Shown here piece after piece: positions 1-13,512 of a DNA stretch of 64,000 nt. This stretch comes from Vicugna vicugna (taxonomy: Eukaryota), in contig MU057999.1 of assembly GCA_013265495.1 (NCBI GenBank), positions 868,001-932,000 of the forward strand, given 5' to 3'. How positions within the stretch are numbered: the stretch's first letter is position 1; every line of letters begins with the position of its first letter. Below the pieces are notes generated by a model. The model saw nothing but the letters and a program-made list of their open reading frames with translations. It searched no databases and was not told the DNA's origin. Both the position numbers and the translations under genes were made by a program.

Positions 1-3000
1 GAGTGCTGCCCTCAGGGCTGGGTGTGCCTCTGGGTTGTACAGTGACATTTATCCGGTCCCTGAAGCTGTGAGGCCAAAGCCTGACAGCTCTGGGAGGGGA
101 CAGTTCCTGCCCTGCGAGATTAGGCCCCAGACTTCTCCCTGCCTTCCTTTCTGCTGCAGAGGGCAGGTCGGGCACTCACAGCCAGAGCGGGAGGGGAGCA
201 GGACTCTGCGGCCCCTAGGCCTGCTTGCCCCAGCTGTGGACACCCAGCAGGACCCCTCTAAGGCTAATGGGTCGGGGCGGCTGCACTTGGAGCTTCAGGT
301 CCCTCTGGAGACATTTCTGCACAAAGGCCTGCACTGCAGGAGTTTGCAAGGCTTGGGGAGGACACAAGTGGGGTCTCAGGAAATGCGGGATGCTGGGAGC
401 AGTCAATGCTATTGATTGGGAAACACAAATAGAAGTCTTCCCAGGGCGCTCTCCAGATGTCTTGGCAATGATAGAGCGGTCTTAGGAGCGTGAGTGACAG
501 GCAGGCCAGGACAGGCTTTCCTGGACAAGGAGGAAGAATGGCAAAAGGTCCATTCCTATGGGCAGGAGACACCCGTGGAGTTACAGGGGCAGCACTGGAG
601 GGGCCGAAGACATCACCCCCCTGTCCACCACAGCTGCTCAGCTGGACGAGGCTGTGAACTATGAGCTCGGAGACAGGACTGAGTCATTCCCTGCAGGCTC
701 CTCCCACGGGGTCTGCTCTTGGTGGTCCACTGCTGCCATCACCACCACACAGTTGACAGTTGTCGTGTTGGTAGAGTCAGGCAGGATCAGAGCCCAGGAT
801 GGACAGGCATCACAAGCAGTTCAAAATCAGTCCCACAAGAGCACGGGAAGTGATGAAAGGCAGAGAGTGATTGAGGCTACACTGAGGCTGACTCTGTACC
901 AAGGTGAGGGATGGGACAGACTGGGTGGCTTAAGTCATCAGAGTGGCCTCCTAGAGGAAAAGTGACTGGGCCTCCACCTTGCAGCCTTCAGCCTTTGAAC
1001 CCTGGGCCTGATTCACATAGCAGATCTGGGTACATCTGCTGATTCCCCATCCATGGCTACGTGCGAGGCACAGAGGGCCTATGGAGGAGAGTGATGTCAC
1101 TCACAGCGCCTATAGGACACTGGGCATTGAAGCCGCCAGGAAGCAGCCCAGAATGCAGACCCTACGGAGCTGGGGTGCCTGCCAAGGGTAGTCTGTATTC
1201 TCAGGGGCAGGAGGAGAGCAATGGCTGGGTGGTCAGGCAGGCTTCCTAGAGGAGACGAGAAGGACTGTGGCTGAGCCTTAGAGAGCCAGAGGGACTTGGT
1301 GGGGTGGAGAGTCAGGTGTGATGAGGACAGATTCTATCTGGGGGACCCAGGTGGTGAGTCTGACAGTCCGCAGCAAGCCAGCCTTGCTTTCTGGAGAGAG
1401 AAGGTTGAGGCCTGTGCATGGAGGTGGGCTGGGCCTGAAGGCTGGATGCCAGGAGGGCAGTGCCATGGGGCAGGAGCAGCTTTTGCAGGTGTGGCCATGT
1501 GGAGGGTCAAGGACACTTGGAAGAGGATGTCGGTGCACCTGGTAGGAGGTGTGTGCCTGGCAGGAGGTGCACTGTGGAGCAGCCCTGAGGGGTTGCATCA
1601 GCTCCAGTGGCCCCTCGGGACTTAGCAGCCCCAGTCTGGTCCAGGATGTATCCAGGAGTACTCCAGGCCTACCTGCCAGCCCCCACACCTTCCTTCCTTG
1701 ATGGGTTGCCCCACACCTGGCATATCCCCCAAGCCCCTGCCACAGCCCTCCCCCTGGGGGCCCCTGGCTCTCTGGCTGCTGTCAGTGCATGCAGGGGCCC
1801 TAGGGGCACAGCCCAGTGCCAGTGACATCTGAGAGTTACTGTGCCACAGATCAATCCGGGATGAGGGCACAGGAGGGCTGCAAGAGAGAGGCGGAAGGCG
1901 GACGGCAGCATGTTCCTGCTGATTAACGAGCCCGGGCCGCCATCCATCGTCGGCCTTCGTTAGGCTGCAGAGTCATTTTGCATGGGCGTGCGGCCTCTCC
2001 TCCCCACTCTTCTCTAGTGATTGATGCCCCCCGGGTACCTGCATCCCTCGGAAAGAGAGAGGCCCTCTCTCCTCGCACCCGTGAGAAGCGGAGGCAGTGG
2101 ACTTCTGGCCGTGATTCTCACCTGTGTGCCATTGCCGCCAACGCACGGGTCTGTCAGGGTGGCCAGGGCAAACAGACTTAATCTCCCTTTGAATTCATGG
2201 TGCTGGGAGCCTGGAAAATGCCAGGCTCTTCAATTTAAATGAGTCTTTGACTCTCCCCACAAAAATGCAAATAGGTGAAGCACCGAGTGTTGGGCTCCTG
2301 GCCAGACCTGCCCCATCCATGTGCTGGGGCGTTGATTTAAAGGATGTCCCTGGACCACGGCGTTCCTGGGTGGTTCTCTTTTTGCTCCTTGTTGCCAGAT
2401 GGTGCCCGTGTTGCTGTTGGAAAGGAAGCTGGGAGGAGGTGAGGGCTTGGGCAGAAGCTCTATTGAAGGCCTGGTTAAAGGGCCCCCTGATGCCTGAGGC
2501 CTGGGCGTGGCTGGGGCTGCCGGCCATCATGCCTGAGCTGGACGGCAGCCTCGGAAGCCCGCCTTGCCTGTATCTACCATCACGATCCGGCCTGTGATGT
2601 TTGATGTTTGATGCTGCAGAGGACTGGAGATCTCCAGCCGGGATTGGTGAGACCCACTTTTCTTCTTGGTTCTCTGGCTGTGGCATATTTGCAGACATCG
2701 GAGGGGTGCACGTGGACGTGAGAGGGTGTCTGGCCATCTTGAAGGATGAGGGAAGACATACCAGAATGGGAACAAGAACTGACATCGAAGGAAAAGAAGA
2801 CAGCAGAAGGAGTTAGGCAGAAGGAAGACAGACTGTTCGGCATTTTATACCTAAGACGGAAGGCTTTCAGGCTCCCCTTTTCCTTGCTCCTGTGTTCAGT
2901 CTCACTCCCTCAGGGCTTCTCCTTTGTTGGAGAGCAACTACCGATTTTTGTGCCCCTGGCCCCTTCTCCATCAAGAAGCCACAAGGAGGCGGGGAGCTGA

Positions 3001-5114
3001 GTACAGGGGTGTGGAGGGTGGGCAGGGGCGCACGGAGGGTCCTGGGCGCCAGCCCTGCCTGAGAACAGTCTCCTGAGGGCAGGGCTCAGTGCTGAGCCTC
3101 CACCTCCAGGCGGGCAAGCGCATGATTGAATCCTTTCACTATGAGAGTGAACCCGTCAGGCCTGGTGCATCAGGGCGGTGGGGAACATCTGGGAGGTAAC
3201 AGGACAGGCACTGGGTCACCCTGCCTTCGTTCTGAAGCACCGTTCCTGACCTTGGCCCCTTGGGGAGACTCAAAGTGTGGTTGAGCTGCTCGCGGACTCC
3301 TTCCCAAGGGCTCTGGGTGCAAGGAGAGACTCCTGCCTTCAGTCCCGGGTGGCCTCCCAAGAGGGAGCACTCTCTAGTGCCACGTGAGATATGAGGTAGG
3401 AGAGAAAACCACTGCCCAGCACCATTGTTCTCAAACCAGTGATTCTTCAACCATATTTTTGAAAAACGAGGCCATGAAGCCCGTGAGCCAGGGGTCCCAC
3501 GTGCTATGCAGCCAAGGCTGCTGGTGCCCTCCTGCCTCACCAGCCAGACAGGCCGTGGGTCATGCGTGCTGTGTGAGTCCATTACCCTCTCCCACCCGCA
3601 CTCCCCATCCCGGTCCAGAGCCCTCAACCTGGACTAATCTGGTTAATCTGGAAAGTCTCTGCTTCCAGCCCAGCAGAGGGGCTGCAGCCCTTGGCTTGGC
3701 TGCTGGAGACTGCGGATGAGCGGCTGCCCCCTGGCCGCAGAGCCCACCCTGCGCCGTGGGGCGGGAGCCCGTGCGGAGGAGGGCGAGGCTGGGAGCACTG
3801 GGCTTGGGGTGGGGCCTGTTCATCCAGAGCAGAGCTGAGGCCCGAGCCCCTCCACATGGCCTCTTGAGCGCTGCGCTGAGAGGAGCGCTGAGCCCAGGAA
3901 AAGGCCAGCACTGCTCCCTGGGCTTCAGAGTGTGTGTTGAGGCAGGGCAGCCCCTTGGCTCTCTGAGCTCCTCCTTGTCAGCCTTCCCTTTAAGTCTGGA
4001 TAGGGCTGCAAAGGATCCAGCTGGTCTTCAGGGGCGGCCTGCAGGGGAGGCATTTAGGGCACTGGCGCTGAGTCTGCGACCCCGTCCCAGATCCCGCGTA
4101 CACGATGTACGTGGGGTGCAGGGGCCCTCAGCAAGTGTCCTTTTGAGGTCGGGCGGGGGTGGAGGCCCTGGGAGAAATCAGAGTGTGGCTGGAGGGCTAG
4201 TGTGGCTTCCCAGTCAGCCCACGGTGCCGGGCTGGAGGGAACCAAAGCCCACCCTTCAGAGTGGGCCTTAGGGTCGGGACCCAATAGCTGGCCCATCTCA
4301 GAAGGTGCAGCTAAGGACCTCAGGCCTGCGGGAAACTCCACTGCCCGCCCCAGGACCAGACACGGGGTGTGCCGGTGTCTGCTGTTTGAGGGGCGCCTTC
4401 TGCTTGTCAAGCACTTGTGTGGTAAGTGCTCGGTGACTAATATTTCATTGGCTCGGCACAAATGCCTTGTGACGTGGGCATTATTATCCTTATTTGATGG
4501 ATGGCTGAGCATGAGCCTTAGGGGTCTGAGTGACGCGCTCCAGGTCGTACAACTGGATAGCATGGGGCTGGAACTCACCCCAGGTCCGCCTGATCTGAGT
4601 CCAGTGAGATCAGGACAGGGCCATGAGCTATTGACCTAAGCTCTGAGTAGCACCAGCGACCTGGAGAGACAGACGACACAGTTCACAGAGGCGTTGGAGG
4701 GGAGATTAATGAGGGCACTGTTTGCCAAGGTGTGCACAGAGTTAAACACAGGTGACAGGGAAGACAAAACACATAGGGACTCCCAGCAGTGGGGAGCTTT
4801 TACCACCCTGGGCCTGAAGGACAAGTGGAGAGGCCTGCGACCAGGACCAGCAGTGGGAGAGGGCCACCACCCACGGCAGCCCAGCAGAGGCGTGGGGCAT
4901 ACCCTGCCCCCAGCTCCGGGGACAGAGGAGGGTGGAGAGGGGCGGTGGGTGGATCCGCAAGAGCTAATGAAGGCCTCCCATTGCCTGCTGGAATGGGTAT
5001 CTCTGAAGGAGGCACCTGGCCTTCTCTGTGTCTGTGTGTCCTAAGCTCCCAGCACAGCGCCTGAGTATTTGTTGGAGGAAACCCGACAGCTATATTGCCT
5101 GGCGTCCTACCCTC

Positions 5115-5546
5115 TGTTACGGGTTCACTTGTGTCCCCTTAGAAAAAAGGTATGTTGAGGTCCTAACTCCCGGTGCCGTACAATATGACCTGACTTGGGA
5201 ATAGGGTCATTCAGGATATAATTAATTAAGATGAAGTCATACTAAAGTAGAGTGGGCCCTAGCCCAGCAGGACAGGTGTCCTTGTAATACAGCCGTGTGA
5301 AGACAGAGACACCAGGGGGCGGGTGCCCGTGACCTTGAAGACAGAGGTTGGAATGCCAGGGATTGCCAGCAAGACCCCAAAAGCTAGCAGAGGCAAGGAA
5401 AGCTCCTCCCCTATGAGTTCCAGAGGGAGCCTGGCCCTGCTGTCACCTTGACTTTGGACTCCAGATCTGTGGAACAACACATCTCTGTTGTTTGAAGCCA
5501 GCTGGATTGTGGTACTTTGTTACAGCAGCCGTAGGAAGCTAATACA
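5115..5546 (+). mobile_element. MaLR solo LTR (MLT1B/C-like)
   Basis: TG...CA termini. Starts TGTTACGGGTTCACTTGTGTCCCC...GGTATGTTGAGGTCCTAAC and ends TTTGTTACAGCAGCCGTAGGAAGCTAATACA, typical MLT1 ends. Confidence 0.85.
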
Positions 5547-7179
5547 TCTCCTAAAGCAAGGATGTTTCTATTTTAGTGGGGAAAAGCATTTGCAGGATGT
5601 GGGTGTATACATGGCCAAGTCACCGCAGGACCCAGCCCGACGTGGGGGCTCAGGACGGAGGGATCTATCCAGGCTCTGGAGGTGCCTTGTGGTTTTTTGC
5701 CATATTTCTTGGCGACCACCCTAGCGACTGGAAACTGGAAGGGACCCACTGAGGACAGAGAGGAGAGGGACCCCCTCCAAGTGAGGTTCCATGTCTGAGC
5801 TGGGCTGGGCAGAGAAGGCAGCCCTGAGGTGTGGCCCCAGCCCTTACCAGTTCCTCAGTTAAACAGACCAGATCACGTCCCTACGCTCTGGTCTGCTTCC
5901 CGGGGAGCCTGGCTCTGTAGGAGGGGAGGGAGGGAAACCAGAGCTGGGCCTCGGGGCTCCCCAGCTTGTGCACGGGCTCTGCCATGTGTGAACCGAGACC
6001 AGATCCAGAGCCCCTCCCGCCTCCCGGAGGCACATTGCTATGCTGTGACCCATCGACGCTGTGGCTTCTTTTACGATAATTAATTAAACCTTGGAAAATA
6101 AAAGAAACAGAAGGAGAAGGGTGTGGTGGGGAGGACTGTGCTAATCTGTGTGTTCTTTAAAAGAGCAAATTTCACAGTTTATATTTATAATTTAAATGCC
6201 TATTCCGACTCATTCAGTCAGTCAGTCATTCAGCAGATGGGCTGGACCAGCTCGCCCGTTTACTCAGGCTTCTCTTCCTCGCCGGCCACTATTGCACATC
6301 AGTCCGTGGAGACTTCTGTAATAACAGCTTCTTTTCACCTAGCATTTTACACTTGGCAGAGACAGTAGATAGATGTTATTCCAGTAAGAGTTCGTAAGAG
6401 TATACACAGCATCTCTCTGGGCCTGGCCTCATTGGCCGGTGGATGCTGGAGACATGCCTCTTCTATCAAAGTCCGGCTTTGACACTCAGCCCTGACCTGA
6501 TCTGCTTGTCAGTCACGGAGCTGGGACTGGAACCCAGGTCCCGGGAGCTGATTGAGCGTTTATGCTGTTTGAGGCACCTGATCAAACTCCATGGGCTATG
6601 AGTCACAGCTCTGCCTTCTCAAGGTACTTGAAATGAACTTGAGAAGGAAAGATTCAGAACACAATTTTAGGTAGTGAGGAGGAAGAAGCCCTTCCAGGCA
6701 GGAGGACCAGCCCGAGTGCAGGTTGGAGGAGTGGAGGGAAGGTGACGGGTTTCCTCTGGGGAACTGAAGGAAGATCAGTTTGGAAAAGGTGGCCTCGGAT
6801 CAGAAGGTTCATGAAACCCAGAACTTTGTGGCGTATCTTGGATGAGTGGAGAGACTGAAAATCATAAAGTAGGGGAGTGAGGTGGGGTGAAAGACGTACT
6901 TTTAGAAGACTGGTTGGATTTCTATTTCTGAACTTAACATCTTCTAAAACAACGCGGTAATAGTAAGGAAGCCCATCTGTAAACTGACACCCCTAGGCCC
7001 ACAGCTCTTGGACCTGGCTGTCTAGTCTTTGTACTTAACACCGCAGTTTTATTCCACTGAAGCTGTTTCCAGAGTTGCATCTGTGAGGCATGTACAGTTC
7101 CGTTTCCTGGTCTGTTTTATTGCTGACGTTCTGATGCTGTTACATTGTCTTTGTAACACTCCAGGCACGTGACCAGGGG

Positions 7180-7420
7180 TGTTCTGTCCAGCATTTCCTT
7201 CCCCTCCAGATAGACTGAGTCTAGTGTTCCCGGGTTCTAAACACTGCTGTAATGAACATCTTCATGATATAGAGCCTTTGTTTCCTTTTCTTTTGGGATT
7301 ATTTCCTTTGGACAGATTCTTGGGGGTGACATCACTGTGTGATCAGAGGACCTGAGATTCCGTAAACCTTTGCTTGGCGTGGCCATATTGCCTTTGAACC
7401 ATTTACATTGACAGCAAGAG
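7180..7420 (-). mobile_element. Old L1 (L1ME-like) fragment
   Basis: AACACTGCTGTAATGAACATCTT...ATTATTTCCTTTGGACAGATTC...TTTACATTGACAGCAAG resembles antisense old-L1 sequence; boundaries approximate. Confidence 0.55.
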
Positions 7421-8412
7421 TAGAACTTGGCAGCTGCATGGTGAGTGGTGCAGACTGGGGCTTCTGCCAAGACACAGCTAGGAGGCAGTTGCTATGGTCC
7501 CAGGGCACAGGGCTAAAGCCCTGGACTCAGATGGGTTGCCAAGAATGCAGCTAAAGAAGATGCTGCAAAGAATCACTGTGGCGTGATGAATGATTTGGTG
7601 AGAGGCTGAGGGAGAACAAGGAATCAAAGCTGAATGCCTCTGAGGTTTCACACCTGGGCTCCAGGGAATGGGTGGAGGGAGGCAAGCAAGCAGAAGATCC
7701 AGATGGGTGGACACATGGATGGGAAGTGAGAGCTTGTGCGGAACACTTTCTCACGTCACTCTTTTACAGCTGCGCTGGGCCCAGGGCCCAGACCATGAGT
7801 CGCTGAGCTCATGCCCTTAACAGTTCACACTCTGCCTGTGCCATCCCCGAACCAGAGCCAGCAGACCTCTCCCTCCTCTGGTCCAGGGAGGCAATCTGAG
7901 GCCAATTCAGAAGGATGGGGATGAGATTCCAGGGAGGCTGCCTGTACTGGCAGTAGGAGGTCTGGGCAGGTGAGAAGTTGGGGCTTATAAACTGTGGTTC
8001 TGGGGCCTTGGTCAGGGGCTTGGATATCGAGGGCAGGGTGTCACCTGGGGAGTCCTAGAGGCATCATCAGGAGTTCTGTACCAACAGGGCTGGTTGGCCC
8101 AGTGAGTGGGACCTGTGAAGACTAGACACAGCTCCAGGGAGGGTCTGGGGAAAGAGCTCCAAGAAGCCTCTGCAGTGAGTCCCTGGCAGGCCGCTGTGGT
8201 GGGCAGACCAGGGCCAGGGAGCCGGGGCACTGCAGGCGCCTGGGGTGGGGGTTGAAGGATGTGAGCTTCAGGGAGTCCTGGGCTGGAGGGCAGCACTGGG
8301 GAATCCCTGGAGAGGCAGAGGGCATCCCTGTGGTCAGGGCTGCCCTGCATACTGGGGTCCCCGGCATGCTCTGGATCTGGGGGTTGGGGAGACTATTTCC
8401 TACACGTCGTAT

Positions 8413-8414
<2 letters not shown>

Positions 8415-8469
<55 letters not shown>

Positions 8470-8495
8470 GGGGCAGTCCCTGTGCGTGTGTGTGT

Positions 8496-8528
<33 letters not shown>

Positions 8529-8546
8529 AAGGGGCAGTCCCTGTGC
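8415..8546. repeat. Compound microsatellite: (GT)n-AAGGGGCAGTCCCTGTGC-(GT)n-AAGGGGCAGTCCCTGTGC
   Basis: Directly visible; the 18-nt unit is identical at 8468-8485 and 8529-8546. Confidence 0.97.
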
Positions 8547-11500
8547 TTCCATCAGCCAGGGCCTGGGGAAGGAAGGAGGGCGTGCCCACTGTGTGCCAGA
8601 CTCCGTACACCTGTCATTTTATTCCGTGTTCACAACTGTCCCTGGGATTCCCCTCCCTGCCATTCACCCTGGCTATGGTTGCAGACTGAGCTGCGTGATT
8701 ATTTGATTAATTTCCATCTTTCCACTTGCCCACAGGCTCCCTGAGGGCTGGGGTGTCTGTCCTTCTCTGCTCTGCCTCTGGTGCCGGCACAGCGCCCACT
8801 TGTCTGCAGGAGTGACTCGGACAACCTTGGTTGAACAGACACCAGCACCCCTTCATGCTACCACATTTCAGCTCCCTTCCAGTGATCCTGACGCCTCGTG
8901 AAGGCAGAGGGAGGCCGAGGGGCTGCAGTGGGCTGACCTGCAACTCCTGGCATTTGCATGATGGGAGCTGGGTTCCTGAACCCACTCTGTCCTGTGGCTA
9001 CTGGGTTTCAGGAGTCCTCTGGGCCACAGAGGGCAGCACAGGGCAGTGATTGCATGGCTGCTTCCCTGCTTGGAAGGTCCGTGGACTTGCCTTATCAAAT
9101 ACACATGAGGCGCTGCTCAGAGGAGGCCTGCAAGGCCCCATTCCATCTGTATATGTTGCTGTATGTTGTTACCACCATGGAAGGACGTTGTAAATATTTT
9201 CAGCTGAATGTCTGATTGATGTCTTTCCAAAAAGAGTGGCAGAGCTGTAAGGAGAGGGTTTATTTATCTCTCTTTCACCATGATGGGCATCTAATTCATC
9301 CCAAATGTCAATACATCCCAAGGTGCCAATCCAGACAGAATCGAGGACTGTCTGCAGAGTAAGGGTGGCAGCTGCCTTTTTCTCCTTGAAGAGGCTCAGA
9401 CCGGCCCCACCACCCTGACCCTAAGGGTGGCGGCCCACCATGGTCGGAGAGGGGAACCCTGAGGGTTTCCATACTGAAGCCGCTGCAGGGAGATTGTTCC
9501 CTGGGAAAATGGGGTCTCTTTGCTAGGCTGCTCATGGCCCCACCCCTCTCGGGTTCTTGCCAGTCCATCCGGCTCTTGCCAGAGGCCCCTTCTGTCTCCC
9601 TCGCGGCCTCCCCTCCCCTCTGGCTCAGTCCTCCTCACCCTCCCTTGTGTTTGGATGGCTCCCACTTCATTCTCATCAACCTGTCTCTACTCCTCCCTGG
9701 TTGCCCTGGGAAGTCACTCTGTCCTCTTTGTCCCAAATGCCAGGTGGAGATCTCCATTCTCCCTTGCCACTGCCACCCACTCTGTCCAGGGGACCATAGC
9801 GTCTGCCTCTGCTCTCACACAGTGCGAGTCTCCTTTTTGGGTGGGCCCACCTACTCCCCACCTGGAGAAGAACCGTGTCCCTTCCCTTGAGTATTTCAGT
9901 CTCTTTCTCATGGGCTCAGCCAGTGTAGGATGCTGAGTGGTTTTTTGCTTTTTGTCCCTCCCTCAACTGGACCATAAGACCCATCCCCTATCTAGGGGAC
10001 CCATCGCTCTCATTCACTGCCGTATCCTCTACATGCGTTACTCCTTGGTCCTCATGAAGAAGGAGGTAGAGGAGATACCAGTAGGTAGTTACCATCGCTG
10101 ACTCTTACACATCTCTTATGGGTAGTTTACAGATACCATCATTAGATTCTTTCATAGCTAGGAAACTGAAGCTTGGGGTGATTAAGTTATAATAGTGAAA
10201 GCATTTGTTTTTGGTGCTTTGGGTAATGCAGTCCACCCACAGCCCTGTGCACTAACTCGCTCTAGCCCCATTCTGCAGATGAGGAGGGAGGGAGAAAGAA
10301 GTGGCCACTAAGTGGTGGGAGTGGGACCCGGACCCTGACTGCCCACACCGGTGCCCTCTTTCCACTCTGTGTGTCCTCCTCCCCAGCCTCCCTCCCTTGG
10401 GCAGCGGTACGTGCTCCCAGAGAGCAGAGGCCAGGTGGTGGGTATGGGTCCCAGAGCCATGTCCCCTGTAGGCATCGGGTCTGAAAGCAACACATGCACC
10501 TCCAGCTGGTTTGGTCCCCATGCCACTGTTTGAGAGCAGAAGTGATGGTAAATATTTAATTGTGCTTCCACCATAACTTTCTGCCAGAACTCTCAATATG
10601 CTTTATAAATGCAAATGAGTACTCTCTTCTTCTCCAGGGAGATGTAAACCTTCTCAAATCACTTTAATTCAGCCCCCACCAGAGTGTAATGCCATAATCA
10701 GGAGCGCTCCGTGCCAGAACAGAAACTGCGCTTAATCATATTGAGTGGATGGTTGATGGTCTTGTGGTCTTCCATCTCCACCGCAGGCAGGATGCAGAGA
10801 AATGGATTCCTATTGCTGTAACTTCTGTCCAAGAGGGTGGATGGAAAACATTATTTAGAAACAGATTCAATGACAGCCCTTGAGCAGGAAACCATGATTA
10901 TAATCAAGTCTTAGATTGTATTAATGGGGTTAACAAAACAGACCAGCTCTTGGAAGGTTTAGGAGTGAAGGCTGACTCTTACTTTTGATTCTGGACTGTA
11001 TTTCCCTCCCTGCCCATATCCTCTGCGTGTTCCCTGCTACTTCAACGTGATCCTGAGGTTGGAGAGTGCCACTATATACATTGCTTTAGGGCTTCGGTGG
11101 CCTTTGGCTTTATGAGCAAGGACCCCCATCCCAGGACCACAGCAGAGTCCCCGGGTGCCCAGATCTGTCTGCTGGGTGGCAGGCTGAGAGCTGAGGCTGT
11201 CAGCATCAGCGTGGAAGGCTGCGTGACCCTGTAGGAGCCACTGTACCTTTCTGCGCCCTGGTCCCCAGGTCTGCCAACTGGGTTCAGTGACTCCTGCTTC
11301 AGGCCCACCTGGCAAAGGCATTTTAATCAAGGAGATGAATTTCTTCAGGGCCACGTGGAGTGCCTTCTGAGAAGTGTATTATGTAAATTTGGTGTGTCAT
11401 TATGATCATTATTAGTGCTGTGAAGTGAAGATGGGGGAGAGAGGGAGGGCTGCTCGGTGCAGGGATCGGCCTCTCCAGCTGTCAGAAGACCAGAGGAGAA

Positions 11501-12354
11501 GCAAACTTGAGAAGTCTGTGCCAGTGCTTGCGTTCCTTCAGATGTGCATGGGCCATGACTCTCCAGCCAAACCCAAACTTAAATAGGCAGGAAAGTCCAG
11601 CTGGCTGTATTTGTTGACTCTCCTGTTTGCAGTGTGAGCCCCATTCCACTGGATTACTCAGGGTGCAGGCAAGCTATGCAGTGTCAGTGGAAGACGGTGC
11701 ATCTGTTAGCTTCTGTCCACACCAGCACCTGTTGAGACACCCGGACCCTGTCTGACCCTTGTGTATAGTCCATGCAGGTCACCATGCGGTGGCTCTGGGT
11801 CCCCTTAATTAGACCTCCCTCTGTCTGTCTGGGCCATGTCAGCCTGGTGTGGTCACTCCTGGCTGGGATGCTGGGTGACCAAGGTCCAAAGTTGAAGTCT
11901 TGTCACCCCCACAGACTCCTACCATCCCTTCTCTGGGGTTGAGCACCGGGAGACCAGAGCATAGGCAACCCCTTTTCTCAACTCAGCTCCTCATTTGTCA
12001 CTCTATTTTCATTCCCTCTGTCCTGCCAATAGGATGACTTTCTTCCAAAACCTTTGGTTTATGCCAAGAATCCATTTCCTAAGGGGCCCAGGGCTCTGCA
12101 TTCTGCATTCAGACTTCCTGTCTTCTGCCTGAAACAGTGAGCAGGGAATGGCTGTTCACATCGGGTAGGGGGATGCTCAGGAGAAAAGAGACGCGAGAGA
12201 AACCAAAATAACACATCATACATGTTCCCTGTGTCCCTGCTTGTTGAGCACCTGTGCAGCTAGCATGGGCTGTGCCTGGACCTTTGATACATGTCGTGGG
12301 ACATTCAGGTGGATAAGACCTCTCTGCTAGCCTCAATGGCACCATTATGTGATT

Positions 12355-13512
12355 TAAAAAGGTGGTGCTCTGGAACATTGGATATCCACACGATAAAATC
12401 AATTGTATATTTGACTCATAGCTCCCACCTTAGGCAAAAATTAACTCAAAATAGATCTTAGACGTAGGTAGGAGAAAATCTTTGTGATCTTGGGTTAGGC
12501 AAAGATTTCTTAGATGTGACACCAACCATAAAAGAAAAACTGGGTTAATTCTCTAAAATTTAAAGTGTCTACTTTTTGAAAGACACTGTTAAAGAGAGAA
12601 GCCACAGAATGTGAGAAAATATTCGCAAAGTGTGTGTCTGATAAAGGACTCGAATCCAGAATATATAAATAACTTTCCAAACTCAATAATAAGAAAACAA
12701 CCCAATTAAAAAATGGAAAAATATTAAACAAACACTTCACTAAGAGAGATATACAGGTGACAAATTATCGTGTGAAAGGATGTTTAACATCCTTCTACAT
12801 TAAGGAAATGAAAATTAAAACCACAATCACATACCACTGCACATCTATTAAAATGGGCAAAAAGAAAAATGCCTGATCATGCCAGGTGTTGGTGCGGATG
12901 TGGAGGAACTGGAAGTCTTCCTGCAGTTTCTTTCGTGTAGGGGGTAGGGTGTAGCTCAGTGGTAAGGTGCTCGCTTAGCATGCACGGGATCCTGGGTTCA
13001 GGTCTGCGGTACCTCCATTAAAGTAAATAAATAAAATTTAAAAAGAATTTGTCTCATGTAATTGCCAAAAACTGGAAATGCCAGATGAATAGGTGGACAG
13101 AAATGTCGTCTCTCCATACAGTGGGACACTGTTTGGCAATAAAAAGGAATGCACTACTGATACAACGTGATCTGTCTTAAGTATGCCAAGTCAGGGAAGC
13201 CAGATGAAGAAAACAGTATGTACTACATGATTCCATTTATGTAAAAGTCTAGAAAATGCCAATTAATCTATTCTATATATGACAGAAAGCAGAGCAGTCA
13301 TTGCCTGGGGACAGTGACAGGCTGGGGCAGGGATGGGGGAAGAAGGAATTACAAAGGGACAGGGAATTTCTGGGAATGATGGCTATGTTCATTGTCTTGA
13401 TTGTGGTGATGGTTTCATGGGTATAAATAGATGTCAAAACTTACCGAGTGTTATGCTTTAATTATGCTTATTGTATGTCATTTCTACCTCAGCAAAGCTG
13501 TTAAAAAAAAAA
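12355..13512 (+). mobile_element. Old L1 (L1MC/L1MD-like) 3' portion, interrupted by a SINE
   Basis: AAAAATTAACTCAAAATAGATC, AAACTCAATAATAAGAAAACAACCCAATTAAAAAATGG, CTTGATTGTGGTGATGGTTTCATGGG, ending ...AAAGCTGTT-polyA. Confidence 0.85.
12940..13047 (+). mobile_element. tRNA-Ala-derived SINE (Vic-1-like)
   Basis: GGGTGTAGCTCAGTGG (A box)...GCTTAGCATGCAC...CTGGGTTCAG (B box)...TACCTCCA plus A-rich tail. Degenerate TSD at 12927-12939 / 13048-13060 (10/13). Confidence 0.85.

Noticed and set aside
8468..8546. CRISPR-like repeat-spacer arrangement (also 25698-25779)
   Set aside because: Mammalian DNA, only two repeats with a microsatellite as the 'spacer' or contiguous degenerate units, and no cas genes.
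8122..8744. ORFs with CV/TH dipeptide repeats
   Set aside because: These are translations of (GT)n microsatellites.
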